A DNA stretch of 64,000 nucleotides, taken from the NCBI RefSeq assembly GCF_006345805.1, contig NC_043006.1, positions 22,010,001-22,074,000 on the forward strand. Direction: 5' to 3'. The notes under the pieces are model-generated. The model made no database searches and was not told the origin of the DNA. It saw only the letters and a list, made by a program, of their open reading frames with translations. The DNA comes from Octopus sinensis (taxonomy: Eukaryota). Positions 11,440-22,668 of this stretch are shown here, in pieces. The translations under genes were made by a program, and so were the position numbers. Numbering within the stretch: the first letter of the stretch is position 1; every line of letters begins with the position of its first letter.

Positions 11440-12055
11440 TTATGGACACATTTGCTTGTGTCCATGAATTGAGCGGTAACGAGCAAGCAAACCAGCGGAG
11501 ATTGTGGCTCGCTGATTTTTGTTGTCACTTAAAACATGCGGAACCCATGCTCCATACTTCTAAACCTTTCCCATCGAGTGAAGATGCTTCTCTATAGCAG
11601 TGTGGGAATATTCCATTTTCTCTGCCAGTTCCCTTGTCGTTTGACGAGAATTTTCGTGCAAAAGTAGGCTTAATCAATTCTTCATCGAACTCAAATGTGC
11701 GTCACTGAGGTCAAAATTTCCATTTTTTGAACTTGGCATACCAATCACGAGCGGTTCTTTCAGCTATGGCACCCTCTCCATACGCAGCACAAATGTCGCG
11801 AGCAGCTTTTGCGGCCTTAGAACCTTGATTAAAAGTAAAAAGATGAAGGTGTCGAAAATGCTCGTTTTTCTTAACTTGACATTCCATTTTAATGATCTGA
11901 AAATAAACAAAAATTAACTAAAATTAACGAGAAAAAAAAAAAAGATTCCAAAATTATTCAAAAATAGATTTCGCGAAAAAAATAGATTCCAAAATTTAAA
12001 AACGCAAGGAATTCTAAAATTTAAAAAATCGGCGGGAATTTAGTTGCCAACCAAA
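11440..12055 (-). mobile_element. Truncated mariner transposon: 5' TIR and decayed N-terminal transposase
   Basis: The minus strand from ~11885 is homologous to ORF 24273-24485 (MECQVKKNEHFRH...AERTARDWYAKFKNGNFDL, mariner HTH). A WVPH motif (tgggttccgcat) lies at ~11536-11547. TIR-like ttggttggcaactaa at ~12040-12054. Confidence 0.85.
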
Positions 12056-12105
12056 TCGATTATCAATATTGCTTATGTACACAATATAAGCTCTGCAAAC
12101 TGTCC

Positions 12106-12196
12106 ACCCGCATAGCTCAGTCGGTAGAGCATCAGACTTTTAAAGCTAATTCTGTAGGTGATCTGAGGGTCGCGGGTTCAAGTCCCTCTGCGGGCG
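12106..12196 (+). tRNA. tRNA-Lys(TTT) with 18-nt intron, class B (A1:C72 mismatch)
   Basis: Intron aagctaattctgtaggtg, 3' end TGCGGGCG, T-run terminator follows. Confidence 0.8.
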
Positions 12197-12789
12197 CACT
12201 TCTTTTTTTTTTCTTTTCAGTAGCAGGAGTACGTGTTGAGTTTCCTCTGGAATTTTATACTGTGCGTGCCTGCTGTTTAAAAATATATTTGTTTATTCAA
12301 AATTTTAGAAATAAATTTTGGAACGGATTGCCCGAGTATCATATGAAACCTGTTACCTGAATTTCTAAGTATAGATACAGTTTTATAATTACGTTGATAT
12401 ATGTTTACCTACATTTTGAAATATGTATATATTATTTCATATTGCTAACGCGGTGAGCTGGCAAAATCGTTAGCATGCCAAACATAATGCTTAGCGACAT
12501 TTCGTCCGTCTTCACATAGAATGCTGCCGAGATGGACTTTGCCTTTTATCGTTTCGGAGTCAATAAATACTTCAACAACAGTAGCCTAGTTTCGAAGGAG
12601 TTACTCGGGTGACATCGAGCATGAATTTGGGCTTAAAAGATTCTTCATTTCAAGAACTTTGATGATATCAATCACAAACATGAAACACCACAAACGATGT
12701 TAACGATGTCGATGACAACGATAATGACGATGATAATGATGCAGAGGAAGAGTTTTATGACCCCCACCCCCACCCCAACCCCCCAACCC

Positions 12790-13790
12790 CCAAAAAAGAG
12801 GTTCGTCAAGGCACCTCGAAAGATATTCTCATCATCTTGGGGAGCCGGAATACCAAACTAGATAGATAGCTGGGCTTTGGGGGATTAGATGAATATATGA
12901 TTGTGGAGTGCGACGTTTAGACTTTATCAGCAGCTCCATGCTTACCCTAATCAACACAGTTCCATGCTTTCCCTAATCAACGCAGTTCCATGCTTACCCT
13001 AATCAACACAGTTCCATGCTTACCCTAATCAACGCAGTTCCATGCTTACCCTAATCAACACAGTTCCATGCTTACCCTAATCAACACAGCTCCATGCTTA
13101 CCCTAATCAACGCAGTTCCACACAAAAACTCCAAGAGAACAACCTAATGGCGAAGTTCATAACTAGACTGATTTCATTCTCGCACTTAAAAACACATCGA
13201 GTCTAGCATTTGAAAGAAAAAGAACAAGTGCTGGTCTTTCCCCTATGCAAATGCCAGTAGTGATAACGACATGGTATTGATAATACTCAAATTCAAGATG
13301 GAAAAAAATCTATATGAAAAGAATACTGCCTATAATATTCGTTGTGGAAATGTCGGAAGATCCAGAGGTTGCTTTAATATTTGAGTCCAACGTGGATGGC
13401 AGGTTTGCGGTCTCCAGTTTGCAAGAAGAAGAATATATTAACTTCGAGACTGACAACTTGTAGGAAGCACTTTATGAATCAGCTTTAGAAGTTCTGACCA
13501 GAAGGAAGTAAAAACACAAACAACAAATTATAGATTACCGATGACACACTTAGACTTGCATATTACAAAACGGGGCATAAAGATAGATCAAGGTAACAGA
13601 TTTTGAAGCTACTCAGCAACACTCCACAGTAAATAAGCGAATCAGAAATAAAATAAAGGAAGCCAAGAAGAAGTATATAACAGAGCAGATGCTATCCATG
13701 CTACGAACAAGGAAGCAATTCATCGTCACTGTTATTAAAGACAAAATAGGCTCTCTTCTCATTGACGAGTCAGTACTATCAGAAGATAAA
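12790..13790 (+). mobile_element. Decayed RTE-type LINE fragment (AP endonuclease region)
   Basis: Remnant motifs KDILIILG.., NTQF.., PNGEVHN*TDFIL, with many stops and frameshifts. Duplicated at ~25350-26350. Confidence 0.6.
12931..13120 (+). repeat. 26-bp minisatellite (cagttccatgcttaccctaatcaacR) x7.3
   Basis: Direct tandem repeats with no spacers. Confidence 0.95.
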
Positions 13791-13820
13791 CCGAGTATTT
13801 TGTGTAGAACATTACGATAA

Positions 13821-14490
13821 CCGTAAATCCTTGATTATAGTCCGCCCTTGAGTATAATACGCAGGGGATTTTTAGAGGGCTGTACCTCTGAAAAACCTAG
13901 ACCTTGTGTATAATACGCACCCCTTCTCTAACTTGAGTCAAGGAGGTCTATATAACGTCCTTGGTTTGTAAAAATGTATACAGTAACGTCCTTTATTATT
14001 ATTGTATATATATCGCCACCACCCCCTGCCGGAGCCTCGTGGAGCTTTAGGTGTTTTCGCTCAATAAACACTCACAACGCCCGGTCTAGGAATCGAAACC
14101 GCGATCCTACGACCGCGAGTCCGCTGCCCTAACCACTAGGCCATTGCGCCTCCACATTATTTTATATGTAACACAATGCAAACGTGTAGCCTTTTTGTGC
14201 ATTTTGTTTGCAGAAAATAAAGAAATAACATTAATAACGTTTAATAAATATTGCTTACTGCAAGTTATGGATGATTCTTTTATGACTTCATTGCTTTCAG
14301 GCTTAGCTTAAGGAATTTTCGCGCCCGACATCGCAAAATGCGTCCGAATAAACACTGCCGGACAGCAAATAGAGACTCAGACATTGCTTAGAAAATAATC
14401 TTCATTTTCAAGCTCGTGTATAATACGCGCTAGGGATTTTGACCTTTAAATTTTGGGGGGGAAATGCGTATTATACTCGAGGATTTACGG
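13821..14490. mobile_element. Tc1/pogo (Tigger-like) MITE with nested SINE C head (14011-14155)
   Basis: Termini ccgtaaatccttga... and ...tcgaggatttacgg-TA, with internal gtataatacgc sub-repeats. Duplicate at 26381-27050. Confidence 0.7.
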
Positions 14491-14688
14491 TATAACGTCA
14501 GTAATATCGCCAAGAAGGCGGAAAATCATCATGGGTGGACGTGCAACCTCTTCGACATTCACACGCTTTTCGTCTCATCCTGACATCCCTGCATTGTCTA
14601 CGAACTTTTGCACATATATAAGACTCTCATATAGGCTCTCAACAACTCTTTTTCTCTGCATGCATATCTTTTTTTCACTTTCAACAGT

Positions 14689-15073
14689 GAAGAAGCACTC
14701 CGTCGGTTACGACGATGAGGGTTCCGGTTGACCCGATCAACGGAACAGCCTACTCGTGAAATTAACGTGTAAGTGGTTGAGCACTCCACAGACACGTGTA
14801 CCCTTAACGTAGTTCTCGGGGATATTCAGCGTGACACAGAGAGTGACAAGGCCGGCCCTTTGAAATACAGGTACAACAGAAACAGGAAGTAAGAGTGAGA
14901 GAAAGCTGTGGTGAAAGAGTACAGCAGGGATCACCACCATCCCCTGCCGGAGCCTCGTGGAGCTTTAGGTGTTTTCGCTCAATAAACACTCACACCGCCC
15001 GGTCTGGGAATCGAAACCGCGATCCTACGACCGCGAGTCCGCTGCCCTAACCACTGGGCCATTGCGCCTCCAC
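14689..15073 (-). mobile_element. Full-length SINE family C, tail variant 2, with 12-bp TSD
   Basis: TSD actttcaacagt at 14677-14688 and 15074-15085. tRNA-like head with A and B boxes. Confidence 0.9.
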
Positions 15074-16524
15074 ACTTTCAACAGTAGACTTTTAACAAAG
15101 GACACTATTTTCAGCTAAGTTTAATCACTTTTGTTCACTCGTTTTTATTCTGTTCATTTCTTTTGCTGCACCACATAATGTTCATACATGTACCTGCATG
15201 CTGACATTATCACATTCATGTACCACACCATGCCTTTCTCGCTTATTTTTCGTGCTCTCTGCACCCTTGTAGATACAACTCACCCCTGTAAGACCCTAGG
15301 TCAGTCACATATACATAGAAAAAGTTGTTTGTCCCTTACAACGCGTCGCATGCCACACTTTGCTCCTGCACGTTCAAGGCATTTAATACCTCGTGCATCT
15401 GCTGACATATCCAGCATTGCCTCTCTCACTGGCATATGCATCGCTGTTTCGTATTTGTAATCAATGCACTGGCATACTACCTCGGCCATGAGCCCTTTTG
15501 CACATACGCACACGCAACTCTGTTACGCCTCTACAGCCTTGTTTTTCAACACGTCCGTGCCAGCTCAGCTCTTTACCCGACTCGATGCACGTCGAATGTT
15601 CACATGCTCTGCGCTCATGTTTAGGCATAAATTTCCCTCTGTTAGACCCCCGTATGGTCACATAATGAATGGAGAAATTTACCTGTCTCGCGCATCACTC
15701 CAGCATGCTACACTATCGTTCTTGCTAACCTCAGCAATTACCCGTGACAACAACACCAGACACGTTTCACTTCTGAAAACTTTCAAGGCATTTCACACAC
15801 CACAATCCTGCAGCAAGATCTACGATATCATGGATTGAGAATGAGCTCACTTGCTCACCTGAGCTTATTTTACAGTGAATTTTCATACTGGCACCTGCAC
15901 TCGTGTATATATCTTCATGCGCACGCACGAGCTAATATATTTTCCATCCTGCTCAGTCACTAACTGCACATTTTGGCACGCAAAATGACACCGCTATTCG
16001 GACTCTCTCCTGATATGCAAAATTTTTCGTCAGCCATGCATTTCTTTCTCTTCTTCGATCGTTCGTTTCCTTTTCCTGGAATCTCTGTGGAGGTGGAGTG
16101 ATGTAGTGGCTTTATGCAGGTATGGCGTGGATTCGATCCTTGATCGCCAAATTAACAGTTCAACAGCACATTTCTCACGGTAAAACAATAGTCTTTCTGT
16201 GAGTGACAGCAGTTACATTTACCAGATGCCTTCGCTAAACAGAATAATGTCTTTGCCACTTGACTCTTCTAACCTCTTCTATTTCACCAAAAGCTAGAAT
16301 AGAGATAACAGGCCCCCAACGAAATTTATTGTTCTCAACGATATGTCTCTCCTTCTGACTGGTTTTGCATAGTTATAAATACAAGAATTTGGTAAGGCAA
16401 AATCAATTCTTGTACTGTGTAAATTCCTTCTATTTCATTATATCCGATATTTAGACAAACTAACCCCAGCCCCTAAATCTTTTTTGTTTTGTCCTTGTGC
16501 TGTCCCCTTTGTGCAAACCATTTA

Positions 16525-16921
16525 TCTTTATATATAAAAGTCAAGTTGTGTGTCTGTCTCCTACGATTTAGATTCCTAACTACTCCCACATTTTGCTGTG
16601 CAGTTTAACCAAAACCGGGTATCTTATAGTCGTGATTCATATCGAACTCTTCTGGGTATTAGCGCGCGTCTACGATGAGTCTACGATTAAAAAAATAATT
16701 TACCATCATTTTTTCCCATTTTAATGCATTTTTTCGCTATTATATAAGGGTAATAACTCTCTAAAAATGTCTACAATGAGTCAACGATTAAAAAAAAAAT
16801 TTACCATTATTTTTTTCCATTTTTAATGCATTTTTTTGCTATTTTTGGGCTATAACACTCTAAAAATGCTTATATAGTTATTTCCCTTACAAACCCGAGC
16901 AACGCCGGGCGATACTGCTAG
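16525..16921 (+). mobile_element. Non-autonomous Helitron
   Basis: 5' TC, 3' hairpin cccgagcaacgccggg then CTAG, inserted between A and T, no TSD. Confidence 0.85.
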
Positions 16922-16948
16922 TTGGTAATAAAAAATTAGTTAGTGAAC

Positions 16949-17364
16949 CGGCTGGTCTGTTACTTCAACTACCACCTGTCCAGAAAGACAAGTCTGGAGA
17001 AGAGGTGCCTGTCTCCAAGGAACGTTTGAGAAAAGATGGGCAAATGTCGTAAGGAAGTTTAGAGTGAATGGGGCCGCACTAGTGTAGCCGGTCAGAACGG
17101 AAAGGAAGGAAAAAAAACGAAAATTATGCAGGAAAATGCTATCTATAAAAATAAAAGAGGAAAAAAGGGGAGGGGAACGACGGGTTGAACACAAACCCGA
17201 AAAAACTTTATATCATCTTTAATTTTTAACCAATTTTAATTCTTTCTATTTTATTGTGTTCAATTTCTCATTCCGATTTAATCATTGTATAACCCCAGTC
17301 CTTAAATGTTTTTGTTTTGTCCTTATGTTGTCCCCTCTTTGTTAGACCTTTTTGGTAATTAAAG
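16949..17364 (+). mobile_element. 5'-truncated L1/Tx1-like LINE 3' end with ~16-bp TSD
   Basis: TSD aaattagttagtgaac at 16933-16948 and 17365-17380. Remnant YFNYHLSRKTSLEKRCLSP..FEKRWANV. Tail ttgtcccctctttg...ggtaattaaag. Confidence 0.6.
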
Positions 17365-17626
17365 AAATTAGTTAGTGAACGGAGACAACTAGAGTCATGG
17401 CCACAAGCTGGCAGCCACTAAAGACAAACGGTCAGAGGGAGAAAGAAGGTTACAATCAACCAACTATGAGACACAACTTCCCTCGACTTTATGACTTTCA
17501 GTGGCTCAGTTTCTTTTCTCTTACATAATTCTATCACTATCTCTGGTTTACTACTACAATTAGAACGTGAACACACATACAGGCCGAAATTAACTTCCTT
17601 AACCTCGCATGCGCTTTCAATTATAT

Positions 17627-18100
17627 AATAATAATAATGAAATTATTGTATAGAGTGCTCAGGTGCACCACAACTTGTCAGAAAGTGCGTATAAAGTACA
17701 TGCAGTAACGTAAAAATGTCTGGAAAGTGAACAATGTATGAGTCAGATACATGCTTGTGTGTGTATGGAGGGGAGAAAAGCAGGTGTAGTGTTGGCGAAT
17801 CTCAGAAAGCATGGAAGTTTTGAAGGATGCAGTGCTCCGACAACTAACAACTGATGCCGGCAGTTTGTTCCATGCTTCAGCAACTCTCAGCGTGAAAAAA
17901 ATGTTTCCTGATGTCATGGAAGCTGTGCTACTTTCTGACTTTGTAAATATGTTCACGGGTGTTAGACGGGTGGAGTTTGAAAAGGTGCTCAGAGTTATTG
18001 TTTGTACGATGGTTGATAATTTTATGGGTGTCTGCAAAGTCAGCTGCGAGACGTCGGAGTTTCAATGTGTCCATGCCCAGGGAAGTAAGGCGTCCAGGAT
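17627..18100 (-). mobile_element. 5'-truncated CR1-clade LINE with (ATT)n tail and 7-bp TSD
   Basis: FFTLRVAEAWNKLPASVVSCRSTASFK matches the CR1 ORF2 C-terminal motif. TSD attatat at 17620-17626 and 18101-18107. The empty site is visible at ~40160. Confidence 0.85.
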
Positions 18101-18639
18101 ATTATATCACGCCTGCCCGTCGAGGCATAGAATTATATTAAGTAACGGTAAATAAATATTTCTTTACAACTTCGATCACTGTTCTTCTTCCATCTTGCAC
18201 ATCTGCAACAACAACAACAACTGTTACACGGTGACCACTGATTCCACCTTAACCATACCGTCACAATTGGTAACCCTCGACTACATCGAATAACAATGCC
18301 GATGCAGCGACATTTTCTCTGAGAGTGAATAAAAAAATATTTTAAAGGATTTTACCCATTGCATAGTGTAGAGGAATTGTATCAATGTTTTCTGTCTTTG
18401 AATTGAATGTTAAATTATTGTCCTATATTCATGGTTTTTATGGTGTTTGTTATTTAAAAGGTCTATTTACAACACTTTACGTTCTGATTTCATATCCAGT
18501 CGTGGTCAGCTTTGTCTTTCACTACCCCAGCTTCAATAAAACAAAGTACCAGTGAAGACTGGGGGAATCCTCTCATCAAAATTATTTGCCTTATATCTAA
18601 ATCAGAAACAATTATCGCAAGGTTTTAATATTCTCTCTT

Positions 18640-19140
18640 CGCTCCTGTGCAGCACATGGGCTCAACTCTCCTCACCTCTTCCTCTGACTCACCTCCTTTC
18701 CTTTCTTCATCTCACACCTACTTCCTCTCTTCACTCCTATCCACCTTCTCACTTCATCGTTACCCCCTCCATTCAACTTCAACCCTACATACCCCAGCCC
18801 CACCACCCCGCCTACACATCCCATATACACACCTCAACCCCCTCTTCCTCACTTCAAACCTACACCCTACCCTCACATCCTCACACACCACCCTCGCATC
18901 CCCACATCCCAACACTGCCACACCACGCCACACACCACCACACCACATACCACACCACATCACACCACCCCGCACACACTAGCACTGACCCCTTCTCAGC
19001 ACCCACACTACATACCACTACACCATATCACACCACCCCGCACATACTAGCATTGACCACTTCCCAGCACCCACACCATCATCCACACACCTACACATTA
19101 CAGACGCACACACACACACACTCACATACACACGCACGCG
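18640..19140 (+). repeat. C/A-rich low-complexity tract, leading into a Penelope-like terminal piece (19200-19345)
   Basis: Degenerate cac/cca repeats. Duplicate at ~31510-31970. Confidence 0.6.
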
Positions 19141-19340
19141 CACCTTCGTTTGAGGATCACCAATACTTTATTATCTCCCTTTCTTCCTGGTTCTCCTGTC
19201 TAACTACCTCTGTCCAGCCAACCGCCATGATTGACCGTTAGCTCCAAACGTAAAAGACTTTCTCACCTTTCCGAGCATTAATACACCTGTTTGTTGTTTA
19301 TACACCTGTGTTCATCTTTTGTTTTTCTGTAAATTCCAAC

Positions 19341-19380
<40 letters not shown>

Positions 19381-19381
<1 letters not shown>

Positions 19382-19615
19382 CCGCGTGTGTATCTTTGGC
19401 GATTTTTTTCCTCTGTCTTCCCTTCTTTAGATTTTTCCTTTTCCTGTTTTTCTGACGAAGAGCTCCGCTCGAAACGTTAAATCCTCTTTCTCTCTTTCTT
19501 TTCCTGAAGGAGGATTTAACGTTTCGAGCGGAGCTCTTCGTCAGAAACAGAGGAAAAGGAAACATCCAAAGAAGAGAAGACGGAGGAAAAAAAATCGCCA
19601 AAGATACACACGCGG

Positions 19616-19616
<1 letters not shown>
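19381..19616. mobile_element. Fold-back Penelope-like element with a hammerhead-like motif in each arm
   Basis: Inverted arms of ~105 bp. CTGACGA-A-GAGC(TCC)GCTC-GAAAC-GTT-AAA at 19452-19481 (+) and 19515-19544 (-). Flanked by (TG)n and (CA)n. Confidence 0.65.
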
Positions 19617-19654
<38 letters not shown>

Positions 19655-20291
19655 CACACACACACACACATACACACACACACACACATACATACATACA
19701 TACATACATACATACATACATACATACATACATACATACATACATACATACCTATACATAAATACATATTGAAAGTAACAGGCATGAAACTAATAGATAT
19801 ATATCGATACATAATGAAACTAATTGAAATTGAAACCATATATTAGGGGGAGTATTAATAGAGATGTTATTGTTTCACTTTTGACTCGTAATACGGAAAC
19901 AATGATAAAAGATTGCTCCGGGCTTGCATTAGGCAAAAAGTTTTTTAAAATTTTTTGACCCATGACACTACATGGACCCTAAGTAAGGCATGTGTAAAAT
20001 TTGAATGAAATTCTTTTAGTAATTCTCGAGTTTTAGTGATACACACATACTGATCCACAGCAAGACAGACAGACACACACACATTGTCACCTATATATAT
20101 ATAGATATATGTATATATATATATGTATGTATACACACACACACACACACATATATATACATGCATACATGTACATTTATAAATGAAGACTAGTTACGAC
20201 AGAAAATTTAATCAATTTTTCTCACAACGCAACAGAAAACTAGGTTATCAAACTTGATTTATAAACTATATGATGATAGACAACCGTGTCC

Positions 20292-20375
20292 GCCCGCATA
20301 GCTCAGTCGGTAGAGCATCAGACTTTTATGCGTTAAGTGATCTGAGGGTCGCGGGTTCAAGTCCCTCTGTGGGCG
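20292..20375 (+). tRNA. tRNA-Lys(TTT), 11-nt intron variant tgcgttaagtg, class A
   Basis: Exons identical to the 7129 copy. T6 terminator follows. Confidence 0.92.
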
Positions 20376-20690
20376 TACTTTTTTATTTACTATATCCTTT
20401 GTGGTTTTTGTCACTGTTTACAATTTTGTTCCAATTGTTTTCAAATTTACTATATGGATTAAGTTTTGTATACTAATTATGAAAATAAAATTCATTTTTC
20501 ACATTACTCCATGATTAAAAAGTTATTAGTCTTTAAGTTTTGCAAAATTTGAATGTTATAGCCAATCAGAAGCGAGTATTTAACAATCACCGTGGCGAGA
20601 AGCTCTGTTTCCATAGCAACCAAGGATGCTGCACATGCACACAAGAAGGAGAAGGTGATACGAGAAAGATAATCTTTTTGCTATAATAAT

Positions 20691-20862
20691 CGTCTGTCGT
20701 TACGTTCTGAGTTCAAATTCCGCCGAGGTCGACTTTGCCTTTCATCCTTTCGGGGTCGATAAATAAAGTACCAGTTTCGCACTGGGGTCGATGTAATTGA
20801 CTTAATCCGTTTGTCTGTCCTTGTTTGGCCCCTCTATGTTTAGCCTTGTGGGCAGTAAAGAA
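20691..20862 (+). mobile_element. 5'-truncated SINE family B with TSD
   Basis: gttcaaattccgccgaggtcgactttgcctttcatcctttcggggtcgataaa. Flanked by tataataat. Absent from the paralogous sites (e.g. ~7520, ~33845). Confidence 0.85.
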
Positions 20863-21181
20863 ATATATAATAATATCCTTGTTTTTCTCTGTCACAACAT
20901 ATGAATGAGAAAGGAAGGAGTGATAGATGAATAAGGAAGGAAGGGATGATAGCAAACTGGTAGTGGGAGCGTTTCAACTCTGTGTGAGTATACGTGCGCA
21001 TGAGTGTGCGTGTACAAGGAAAGGCGCAATGTCTTGATATGTTGATCCCCCACCCTCACCGATGATGGAAGAGGCAACGAATGCGCTGTTTTCTGATTGG
21101 CTGAAAATTCTGAAAATTATCAAACTTTGAACACCTGTAACATTTTTGCAAAATTTTTCTGGAATGAATGAATAAATGAGT

Positions 21182-21362
21182 AGGCGCAGGAGTGGCTGTA
21201 TGGTAAGTAGCTTGCTAACCAACCACATGGTTCTGGGTTCAGTCCCACTGCGTGGCATCTTGGGCAAGTGTCTTCTGTTATAGCCCCGGTCCGACCAATG
21301 CCTTGTGAGTGGATTTGGTAGACGGAAACTGAAAGAAGCCTGTCGTATATATATATATATAT

Positions 21363-21421
<59 letters not shown>

Positions 21422-21645
21422 GTGTGTGTGTGTGTATGTTTCTGTGTCTGTGTTTGTCCCCCTAGCATTGCTTGACAACAGATGCTGATGTGTTTACTTC
21501 CCCGTCAACTAGCGGTTTGGTAAAAGACACCGATAGAATAAGTACTGGGCTTAAAAAGAATAAGTCCCGGGGTCAATTTGCTCGACTAAAGGCGGTGCTC
21601 CAGCATGGCCGCAGTCAAATGACTGAAACAAGTAAAAGAAAGAAA
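21182..21645 (+). mobile_element. SINE family A, full length
   Basis: ggcgcaggagtggctg... to ...gactgaaacaagtaaaaga. Confidence 0.85.
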
Positions 21646-22347
21646 AGAAAACCAATTCGGATTCAGCGTCAAAGATTACATCTATATGATACATTAGAAA
21701 AATTTTTTTATAGATAATTGTAAACAGTGACGAAAACCACAAAGATCCTTATTTTCTACAATGAAGAAAGCTACTTTTTTTCCTGTATTTTGTTTTTTTT
21801 TCGTTTTCTTCCAACCAATTGAAGATCTTTCAAATTACAATGGATTGTTTTCAGATGTTTCACACTTATGCAGTTTTACGTGCTGATGATGAAAATCGTA
21901 ATTTTCTTTTTTTTTTTTTTTGAAATCTCTCTATATATAGCTGAAGTTGTCTGTGTGTGGCAAGTTTGGTAGCCTTCAACTAACATTATCTTCTCCGAGA
22001 CCCTGCTGCGCAAGTTGACCAAAATTGAGAGTATGATAGAAGAAGGCTTGTTTTCGGTTTGACCGGAAACAATGAGAAAAGATTGCTCCGGGCTTGCATT
22101 AGGCAAGAAGTTAAAAATTTTTTTTTGACCCATGACACTGCATGGACTCTAAGTAAGGCATGTGTAAATTTTGAATGAAATCCGTCTAGTAATTCTCGAG
22201 TTTTAGTGATACACACATACTGATACAGACAGACAGACACACATATATATAACGGGAAGGTTTACGAAAATAAACAAAAGACGAAGGCAGGTGGAGTACA
22301 AACAAACAATGTATTAGTATGGCGCTCAGGAATAGAAATAAAAGAAG

Positions 22348-22385
22348 TCTTTTACGTTTCGAGCCTACGCTCTTCGGCAGAAAGA
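22348..22385 (-). ncRNA. Minimal hammerhead-like motif (A6C core variant)
   Basis: Minus strand reads UCUUU-CUGCCGA-A-GAGC(GUAG)GCUC-GAAAC-GUA-AAAGA: 5-bp stem I, 4-bp stem II, palindromic ACGU stem III, GUA triplet. Confidence 0.5.
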
Positions 22386-22584
22386 TACACAGAAAAGAAA
22401 CAAGGAGAGAAACAAGAAGAGAAAAAAATTGCGTGTAGGGGCTAACGACGATCCAGCATACATGTATATTTATAAATGAAGACTAGTTACGACAGAAAAT
22501 TTAATCAATTTTTCTCACACGGCAACATAAAACTAGGTTATCAAACTTGATTTATAAACTATATGATGATAGATAACCGTGTCC

Positions 22585-22668
22585 GCCTGCATAGCTCAGT
22601 CGGTAGAGCATCAGACTTTTAAGCATTAAGTGATCTGAGGGTCGCGGGTTCAAGTCCCTCTGTGGGCG
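22585..22668 (+). tRNA. tRNA-Lys(TTT), 11-nt intron, class A (U4:G69 wobble)
   Basis: As the 7129 copy with C4>T. Confidence 0.88.

Noticed and set aside
12931-13120. CRISPR-like repeat array
   Set aside because: The units are contiguous with no spacers, the context is eukaryotic and there are no cas genes.
15100-16000. Overlapping short ORFs in a moderately GC-richer stretch
   Set aside because: Frames are not preserved between paralogous units and no domain is recognisable. Probably an old TE relic.
18552-19241. 229-aa His/Pro/Thr-rich ORF
   Set aside because: It is a stop-poor C/A-rich low-complexity tract. The paralog at 31509 has indels and a different start, and there is no recognisable domain.
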